Positions 54,307 through 64,000 of a stretch of DNA of 64,000 nt are shown one piece after another (within the stretch, counting starts at the first letter, position 1; each line of letters begins with the position of its first letter). The stretch is taken from positions 109,244,001-109,308,000 of the forward strand of contig OX597823.1 in NCBI GenBank assembly GCA_951406725.2, in the 5' to 3' direction. The stretch is from Octopus vulgaris (Eukaryota). The notes under the pieces were generated by a model. It ran no database searches and was not told the origin of the DNA. It worked only from the letters and a program-made list of their open reading frames with translations. Position numbers and translations under genes: made by a program.

Positions 54307-56764
54307 AGATTCTTATTTGCTTGCAATATCTTTAGACATAAGTTTACTCAATTTTGTATGGCTTTCGGCTAGACAGTTACAAAGATGATAAAAGAAGCGA
54401 ATGGAAAAACAAGGCTGTATAGTAATTTTGTTGAATTTGTTAAATGTAATCTAATACAACCACAAAGGAAATTTTGAAAATTAATGTAGATTTTCAAAAG
54501 AGCAAACAGAAAAATAAACATTGTGGAAACTTGCGCACTAATATCTTAACAAAACCACCTGTCGAAGAGGTAAACGTTAACAAAAGAAGACAGTGAACCA
54601 GCCGGAAGTGTTAGGCATTAATGTGCTTCAGAGAGGTATGTAGCATAAGCCACTGCATCATTGCTTTGCAATTCCTAGAGAAAGTTCTTCCCCTTTCATA
54701 TACTTTCGAGTGATTAGCATGACATGATGCATAACATGATGTGAGCTGTTAACCACGACAGAATGTATAGAAGTGTGCACTTAAGGTTCAAAAGGAGGCG
54801 AAGAATGAGGTAGAATTGGTACATTACATATTGGTCCTTCGGTTGATGCTTAGTAAAATGAGAGATGAAACCCGTGGGTCACGTTCAGAAACAATGATAC
54901 GTCATGAATTTAGCTCCTCGTAATCTTTGTGGTACACTACTAGCAGGCGAACTGACACATTCGGGAAAATGGTGTAGGGCTTAAATCTCAGTCACTAAAC
55001 GCTTGGGGCAAGTGCTTATTGTGGCATTTCTGAGTTTTAAAAAATGTAGAAATAGGAAATAAGTTAAAACAGTAGACAATAAAAAGCAGGAACACTAGCA
55101 ACATATCCTAGAATCATTTGCCTCCAAAGTACCATCGATGGAATAGTGAAAGCTTAAGAAACATTGTATTTTCACCAGTGCCGGGAGAGATTGACCAGGT
55201 AGGTCATTAAAAAATGTAGGAGTCCTGACTACTTTACACGTTTATAGGGAATGAAGTAACACCGATTATAAACAACAATAATATTACTGAGTTAATAGAC
55301 CTCAAGTGAGCATTCTACACTCTAAAACAAATACGGTTGGGTTTCGCATTTAAAATATAGGCATACGGTGTGTACAGTCATATTGAGCATGATCATGTAC
55401 GCATGGACATGAAAAGATATACGCTGAAGAAAGTGTCTAAAGAGACAAAAAAGTTCTTTATAGGCAACATAGGAGAAAAACACACCACTGAGTAGTGAAT
55501 GGCAGCACTGGACTGTAAAACGCATGCCGTTGCCGTTACAGTCATCGTCATAACCACTAATATAACAACTGCTTATTCATTTATTAAGATGCATGTTTCG
55601 TACGGTTGGATAATATCATTCATAGTCTAGAACTGTGACATTCACACACGGTGTCTATAAGGATAATTTTCTACCCTGTGATGTTTTCTTTTTTATAATG
55701 CATGACTTATCGTGTCCAAATGTAGACAAACATGTTAGAGATCATTTTACACACTTAGATTTCATCCAACTCTCCTTAATGCACCTATAACTAAGTAATT
55801 CCAGCTTGACAAACTTTGCGTACATCAGCAGATATAACATAAGAACAACCAGTTCGTGGTGGTTATGATCCACAACTTGATGTCTATAACTGACGACATA
55901 TAACGATGTGGAAATGCTAGCTTCTTACGGTTCGATGATGTCGTTCATAGCCCCGAAGCATTTTTTCTCGAGAAAATTTCTGCAGCGTATATCTTTCCAT
56001 GTTAGATACGATTGTATGCACCTGTGTTTCGTTCAAAGCTGCGTGGTATACTTCTAATTAATTAATATAGAGAGTTGAAACAAGTCGGCTCAATTGAGAT
56101 TATCCAAGGAATTATAACATAAAAACTTCTTTTCTTAGTGTCTGAATTCTGAAAATAAGCCAAGTAAAATTCATAATGTAATTTTTATACATCACAGATA
56201 ATACACATTGAAGTTGATCATGTCAATCGCTGAAAGCAACCCATACATTCTGCTATTGTTAAATATCCTCGACGAACTAAATTCCTTGTTTCTTTGCATA
56301 TTGATCGCTCTTGGTCTTGGAAAATGAGTGAACATTTTACTTTGGAGATTTGTAAAATGTCAAACGTATCCATTGAGTTTACCCGGTGGCTTTATACAAA
56401 TCCCTTTCTTACATAGTAAAAAAAATTGATTAAATGATATTATTAGAGTTATATCCCTTGCATATTGCTTTAGATTCTGAACAGATTTACAAGAATGTTT
56501 GCCAACTAATTGCTTAGATAAACTTAGTTATCGAAACTTTTCAACTTGTATATCGCATATGTGAGGTTGTCCTATCGCATAGATATTTAATATGCCGAAT
56601 ATTTCCCGAGGTATTTCCTCTTATTGCAGACATATCATAGTATTACTATTTTCTGAAACGTTCCTCTACGTTTTCTACAGAAAGGCATTGTAGATGTGGT
56701 TGTTATTGTCTATCATTCCTATTTATAATAGAATATTGGACATTGCTCTCAACAATAACTGCTT

Positions 56765-56940
56765 CTAATTTAAGCACAAGACATACAATTGTGCTTAAAT
56801 GCAACGGTTAGTTGTTTGCATGGATCACAATATTTGATTGGTATTTTATTTTATCGACCCCGGAACGATTAAATGCAAAGTTGACAGCAGTAGGAATTGA
56901 ACTCAAAACGTAAAACGCTGTAACAAATACCGGAAGGCAA
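56765..56940 (-). mobile_element. Old Deu/Nin-like SINE remnant
   Basis: ggtattttattttatcgaccccggaacgattaaatgcaaagttgac...gaactcaaaacgtaaa. Confidence 0.65.
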
Positions 56941-59900
56941 GGTTTATGAAGAGTGAGAATCTATTCATTATTATATTGTACTCTAATTGTATCTATTTCA
57001 CATCATTTACTAAGTTACACTCTCGCTTATGTTTTTCATATTTCAGAACAATTATATCTAGTATATGTCATTAATTCTTCTTTCTTCATACTTTCAATAT
57101 TTGATCTGTGGATCATTAAATATTTGTGGAGAAATATAACATACAGCTTCATTTTATTTAGCATCATACCATTTCTCAAAACTTGCTGACTCTCAATAGT
57201 TTGTCGAGCCTGTTTATAATTCTGTTTCAGTGAGGTTTAAAACAATTATGTAGCTTACCGAATTTATAAATCTTTATTTATTTCTTTGCTCTTGACATTA
57301 TGTGGCTGCTTTAACCATGTTAAATATACTCTTTGTTCGAACGATGATTTATATTTTATGCTCCAGTCTGTTATTTGTTACTAATTAACATTTATGTTAG
57401 ATGAATCGTGTGAATTATCAGGTGAAATATTTTGGCTATTCGCTCTGTCATTATTAATTTTTGTCGTTATTTTATAATATTTAATTTCATTACGGTGGCA
57501 TTCTTATCAGAGAGACAAATCATATCAATTATTGGATATTTTCAGTAGTTTGTAATAATATCATCGATGTTCTATGTCTATAAGTATTCTTTAGACTGAT
57601 ATAACTTGTAAACACCAACCAGATTGTTGATTATATGTTTTTATTAAATAGAGAGAAAATTTGTAGACACATACCATGAGATCCGGCAAAGCAACTCAGA
57701 CGCGGTAGCTGCATCTGCTGAAAATAACAACCAAATATAACCGCAATCAAACACTATAGTAAGATATATAGTACACAGGATTCGTACGTGGTATAAAAAA
57801 TAAGATAAAAACGTCACAGCTTCGACGTATTTCGTTCTATCGGGGAACACCAATGGCTACAAAAAATAGACAATACTGTTAAAGAATTGGGAATGATAAA
57901 CACAGGTGTATGAGTGTGGGTGTGCGTGTGTGTCTGCATTTGTGTGTGTGTGTGTGTGCGTGCGGGTGAGCGCGTGTATGCTAAGTTATAACTGGCCCTA
58001 ATTTAAGCTGTATATAAAAATGTACAGAATTTCGACAAATCATCGTTTGAAGAAAAATCAAGTATTGACGTATGTAAAAACATACCAGAGGATCAAAATA
58101 TAGACATTTGGGGAAATATGATCGAAGACCATCTTCAGATTTTCAAGTAAGTCTTTTTCAAATCCGAAGCATGAATATCTCAAAAATTAGAAATACACCA
58201 TGTAAAGAAATCATTTTCAAGAGAGAAACATCAACTTGTTTGCAACAATTAGAAATAATTGAAATTAATATAAAACTCATCTAAATAACATGGACATCAT
58301 ATGGATATTTTCTAATCACAGGGACATTAAAATCGCACACTGCAAATCACACTATCCGTTATTGAAAGTAGACGATTGGATAAGTCGAAGCAATATAATA
58401 ATTGATATTAAGACGAGCAAAGCAAATTGAAAATGCTACCATATGTTTCTATTCGCAATTCTAGTAATAATTAAGTTTGAAATATTATTTTTCGAAGTGT
58501 CTTACTTCTGAAAAAAGGGGCTCCATGGTGAATGAAGATATGGATATTTACAAATACATTGTATTGTTAATGGTAAAATACAACTGCCTTCAATAAAGGG
58601 AATATTAACAACGGTCAAATTATATTCAACTTAATCCAACGATGAAACTAGTTGAAGAGTTGATGTATCAGTTTATTGCACTTATTTCATTGTTAGTGTG
58701 ACAAAATATTATAACAAGATAAAAATAAATTGAAGCCAAAAGCAGTTGAATCCTTTGAAAACATTCGAACGCAGAAATTTTAGATTACACCATTGATATT
58801 CAGTTCTTAACATCACAGTACACTAAGTAAAAAGGAAATAAAACACAGCAGAAATTAACAGTAAATAAATAAACGTATCTGTAATTACTGTGAGAACAAA
58901 GATCACCGTCAGAAACAATATGTTGATATTGTGTTATGTGGTGGGGCAACAACTATCCCGCCACATAAGCAGAACTTTAGTATTGGATCTAGGTGTTTTG
59001 CCTTACAATATTGAGTGCAAATACTTACATGAGGTTACAGATTTAGTTCATTGCTCAGATGAAATTTGTGAAAAGAAAGAGAAAAAAATAATGGAGAAAA
59101 TAAACAAGTCTAGAAGCTGTTTTATCACTAAGATAAATTCTAATTCTTGAGCTGACATAATTTTCTCAGAACTGATATAAATCTTAGACATTTTTCTTTG
59201 GCTGCTTACTTGATTGTTTTTTTTTCTTTTATTTTTTTTGTTCATTTGTGGTATTTTTGTTTTGTTCTAATTACAAAGAATAATTCTAACAAGGTATCCA
59301 ATAATCTTGATTTGAAGACCAGAAAATACACGAGACTAATTTATCGTTCAGATTAACATCGACAGACTAGCGAGTTTATTTTAATTCTCTGTATTGATTT
59401 TCTTGCCGAGAGTAAAGAAAACAGAAATAAATTAACAAAAAGTATAATTAAAAAAATCAATGAAAATTAACAGAAAATAAAGAAAAAATACATAATGCAT
59501 TGGAAGCAATAAGGAGAAAAATAAAAAAAAAACACAGAAAATATCATAAAAATAATAAAAAAATATCAATGTACAAAATAAGTGAACATCTGTTTAAGAA
59601 AGAAAAAGTCGTATTTAATGTTTGTTTTTATTTATACAAAAAGTCTTTTTTTAAAAATTTTTTTCCCTTACTATCATTGTGATTCTTTATTTATTTTTTG
59701 TTTCTACTTCAGAGTAAATAATTAATACGATTAAAGAAATAAAGCAAATTTAAATAAATAAATAATTAGGTAAATAAATAAATAAAAAAGGCGAATAATG
59801 TGGTAACAACGTATGAATAAATACACCAATAAACTCATTTCTATTGAAATAACGAGAAGAAAAAATTGACTAAAATCACTTTATTTGCCTAAGATACGTG

Positions 59901-60145
59901 AAGTAAAAGATTAAAAACGATCCTTAAAAACTTGTTAGAACCTAGGAAGAACTAACTGAAGAATGAACCTTTTATAAACAACAAACAAAGAAATGATAAC
60001 GCAGTCAAGAACATCAGCATCAGCAACATGACTCTCATCAGAAACAAAACAAGAAAAAAAAACAGCAATGAATGATAGTAATAACAATACTATATAATAT
60101 ATAATCTACTGTTGCAAATAGAAGGATACGATTTCGGAAAGAGAA

Positions 60146-60163
60146 ATAATAATGATAATAATG

Positions 60164-60197
<34 letters not shown>

Positions 60198-60241
60198 TAA
60201 TAATAATAATAATAATAATAATAGTAATTAATAGTAATAAC

Positions 60242-60338
<97 letters not shown>

Positions 60339-60389
60339 TTGATAATAATAATAAAAATAAAAATAATAATAATGACAACGATGACAACA

Positions 60390-60429
<40 letters not shown>

Positions 60430-60517
60430 CGATGATGATGATGATGATGATGACGACGATGATGATGACGGTGATGGTGATGACGGTGATGATGATAATA
60501 GCAACAACAACAACAGC

Positions 60518-60556
<39 letters not shown>

Positions 60557-60596
60557 TAATAATAATAATAATAGAAAAATAATAATAATAATAATG

Positions 60597-60662
<66 letters not shown>

Positions 60663-60666
60663 GAAA

Positions 60667-60742
<76 letters not shown>
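60146..60742. repeat. Compound (AAT)/(GAT) microsatellite
   Basis: Read directly. Confidence 0.97.
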
Positions 60743-61345
60743 GTGCTGGTGATGATGATAATTCTTTATTAATAATTCTTTCTATATTTAATAATTCTTT
60801 CTTTTAATAATGACAATGGTATTGATAATAGAAACACTCTGCTCGCTGTGAAATAAAACAAATGGAAAAGGAAGATGGAGGTGGGCGGGGGGAGCGAGCG
60901 GAGAACAGCGAAGAAAAGGGGCTGAAGTACAAAAACAATACAACAAAAACAAAAGCTACAATCACAAACAATAGACAACAGAAAGGAACAAAAATAAAGC
61001 ACAATAAAAGGGAGAAATAAGGAAATCAAAAGAAATGAGAATAAATGATAACGAAATTATGTCGTTTGGTCGCATAATAAGAAGTGATATTAAATCGGTT
61101 GTTTAAAAATATAAAGAGAAAAAACAATGAACAAAAAAACAAAACAAAAGAAAATGGCTCTACTTGTCTTGACTCGCTCCCAATCTTAGTTTTAGCTGAG
61201 AAGACATATTTTACAAAATGGTGTCGTATTTCGTTCAGTCAGTAAGTTAAAAGGATGTTTGGTGAAGAACAAAAGAAAAATAGATGGGATAAGTTCACGG
61301 TCAAAATTATTAGCTCGAAACTCAGAGAAATAGAGAGAGTTAATT

Positions 61346-61387
61346 GCTTCGACGTTTCGCACACTGCCCTTCTTCGGCATCGGGTGT
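61346..61387 (-). ncRNA. Decayed variant hammerhead motif
   Basis: CCGAAGA-a-gggcagtgtgc-GAAAC-GTC-gaagc has the same layout as 44652, but stems I and II are broken. Confidence 0.35.
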
Positions 61388-61911
61388 TGAGTGGAAAGAG
61401 AGGTGGGGAGAGGAGGAAAACTGGAAAGAGGAAGAAAATAAAAATAAAGGATAAGCGTAATCCCGGCGAATAAACCACGTGGTGATTGTCTACATGTTAG
61501 CCATTAACAGGACAATGGCAGAAAGTAAGACAAAGTTAACGATTGAAACTGTAAGTTTTTTTCTATTGTGGATGAGTTGTAAGTTCACAAGCAAACGTTT
61601 TAGTAAAGATCTTTAGTATGGCCCTTGTAAATAGACTCCGATACAGTTAAACCATAACACTCACCCTGTCTCTCTTTTTGCCGGACCAAAGCAAAAATTA
61701 CTTCACGTCTATCGACTTGTTAGGACCGTCTCTAATCAGAAGGATTATACGTATCCTGCCTGTAAAGACAAGCAGTTCAGAACTTCAAATGAAAAATGTT
61801 TTGGCTCTGTTTTCTATTTCCTTTAAAGTAACGGAAATCGAGGAGAAGAGGTTTGGTAGCGTATAGTCATAAAAATATATGGACATGCTGTTGCTGTAAT
61901 TGTTTTGTTAA

Positions 61912-62140
61912 CCCATTAATGCATAACGTCCAGAAAAATGGACGTCAGAAAAATTACTATTACTTGTTTCGTACATATATATAGTTTGGTTTGTTTGTAC
62001 GCAGCGCATGCTCACTCATAGAGCACTAGTTTACAAGCAGACTATACCAAAAATAAGCTCAATAGGTAGTTTACATAACAAGCAATAGTAAAATAGTAAT
62101 TTTTCCTGAGTTCATTTTCTGGACGCTATGTATTAACGGG
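61912..62140. mobile_element. piggyBac-type MITE (229 bp)
   Basis: TTAA TSDs at 61908-61911 and 62141-62144. TIRs cccattaatgcataacgtccagaaaa / ttttctggacgctatgtattaacggg extend to about 48 bp. Confidence 0.88.
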
Positions 62141-62479
62141 TTAATGTCGAAATTTTTGTTATTGCTTAGCGCAAGGTCAGATGCTATCAAAATCCTTTCA
62201 GCTGTGACATATCTTTTTTCTTTATTTCTCTAGATCCACGTTATCTAAAGTGTCCTTCATATTTCAAGACGATTAATGTAATTCTATATTGCTTTTTCTA
62301 TTATTTTTGTTGTTGTTTAGTCAATGTCAGCCCTTATTAAGTAGAGTTATCGTCAAAGGAATTTCTATATTTATAAGGCAGTAAAGCAGGAAAGATACTG
62401 AACGAGTTGTTAACAAAAGTGCATGTTCAAAGTATAACAGATCTAAATTACTTAATTTAATTCGGAATCTCTCAGAAGA

Positions 62480-63470
62480 GTTTTGAGGCTTAAAGTCAAG
62501 GAAAAACAAGGGACAAAGACCCATGGTAGGAGTGGAGATTTGCAAGCAAATTGATCAACCCAAGAGAGCTCTTAGAAGAATAAATGCAATAACTGAAAAG
62601 AAGATGGTGAAAGAACGACACAAGAACAAGCTCCAAAGAAAGTACAACATTAAACACAAAGGAGTACGTGTACCTAAAGAACAAGGAAGCCAAAAAATGA
62701 GGGAAACATCAGATGATGTTACGCTACATACCAACAAAAAAGGAAAAGCTCTTCAGAAACTATGAAATGAAATTTTTTCCAACAGCTGAACATTGAAAAT
62801 GGACAACAGAGAATGATATGCCAACTACTGAAGTAGCAAAGAAATTATTTGTTCAGATATTTGGAGCAAAGATATTCAACACAGCAGATAAGCTCACTGA
62901 TGAAAAAATGTTGAAGCGAAAAGGAAAATAGATAAGAATAGAATAAATATTATATATGAGAAAGTAAAAGTGATGCTTTAGAAAATAAAAAAAAAACAGC
63001 AGAAAGCTCAAGGATCAGATAGTGTTCAAGGATTCTGGTTTAAAGATCTACCAAACATGTATCGCTATTTACAGCCGTTTCTGATTGTATGGAATGTAGA
63101 ACACTAGGATGGATGACAAAAAGAAAGACAGTGCTAATACGGAAGGTTGAAAATAAGGAAGGGGGTGTCAGTGATTATAGACTTATTACATGAGACTTAT
63201 TACAAGCCCACCATTTTCTGGAAATTATTAATTGCCATAATAGACGAAGTGTATAGTTTTCTGGAGAAGGGGAATTCATTACAAGAGAAGCAAAATAAAA
63301 CCAGAAAGAACACAAGAGGAACCGTTTATCTATTGTATATGGATAGCGTGAGAGTAAATGAGATAAGAATAAGAAAAGAAATCGTAGCTGTTGGATAGAT
63401 AGATTACGATAACCTCCCACTGTATTGGCTCTTAGAGCACCTAAGAACACACGTGGTCGATGAGACAATA
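62480..63470 (+). pseudogene. Decayed R4/Dong-like non-LTR retrotransposon ORF fragment
   Basis: LQRKYNIKHKG, GSDSVQGFWFKDL, WMTKRKTVLIRK, SDYRLIT and PTIFWKLLIAIIDEVYSFLEKGNSLQEKQNKTRKNTRGT resemble PGPDxVQGFWxK / WMTxGRTVLI / NYRPITCLPxxWKLL...EEQKGCRR.SRGT. Confidence 0.8.
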
Positions 63471-64000
63471 AACAGACCTAAAATTCACAACGGTCCAACC
63501 AAGAATATACGTTGTTTGAGTACAATATACAATTTGTGCATAAATTTGAGGGAGATGTGGCTGTTCTTTTAGCAGATTGTGCTGTTACTGAGTGATCTCT
63601 GCGCTGATTAATGCTTCTACTATTTATGTTGTTATTATTTTTATCCTGTTGCTTAGCTGTTGGTCAAATTTGATAGACATATGATCAAAGTCATTAAAAC
63701 CATGAGCACCACATCCTTCTATCGCAGATTGTCCTGGGTTTATATTATCCAGCGTGTCCCTTACTTCCCTAGACTGTAGATATAACTTCAGGAATATCTG
63801 TCTACTATTTCTTGCAGGTTAAGTGACCAGATAGATGCTGCCTGCCTGGGTATTGTTGAGTGCAGTAAAACTGCTAAAATTGGAAGGTAGACCTACTAGT
63901 GATAACGACACTGAGAGAAACAGAAGCTCTAGTTGTATGGTGAGAGATTAGTAGTAATGGCGATTATAATAATTAATTAGTGGGAAGCGGTATCTGCATT

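Noticed and set aside
58230-58690. Gypsy integrase remnant
   Set aside because: The resemblance is only impressionistic, with no motif clear enough to call.
58860-59420. Host exon or conserved regulatory element
   Set aside because: The sequence looks unique, but I recognise no protein motif or convincing splice-site pair. It needs cross-species alignment or RNA-seq.

Overview
AT-rich, microsatellite-saturated eukaryotic DNA. The SINE families and repeat landscape are typical of an Octopus-type (coleoid cephalopod) genome; that assignment comes from recognising the families, not from a search. I can support no intact host protein-coding exon: nearly all ORFs in the track are translations of (TA)n, (GATA)n, (TTC)n or (AAT)n repeats. 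The window looks intergenic or deep-intronic and is built from mobile-element debris. This includes three tRNA-derived SINE families (one amplified internally as a 5 x 184-bp tandem array), two Tc1/mariner fossils, an internally deleted Helitron, R4/Dong-like and CR1/L2-like LINE fragments, a collapsed Gypsy LTR element with a perfect tRNA-Ser(GCU) primer-binding site, and several MITEs. The most interesting signal is a set of minimal type I hammerhead ribozymes. Four have canonical cores (21045-21110, 31067-31157, and one in each arm of a 198-bp fold-back at 20402-20808), and there are several variant or decayed copies. Most sit in short islands inside (TA)n tracts, near Penelope-like RT and endonuclease-region remnants, and several islands carry fold-back junctions.
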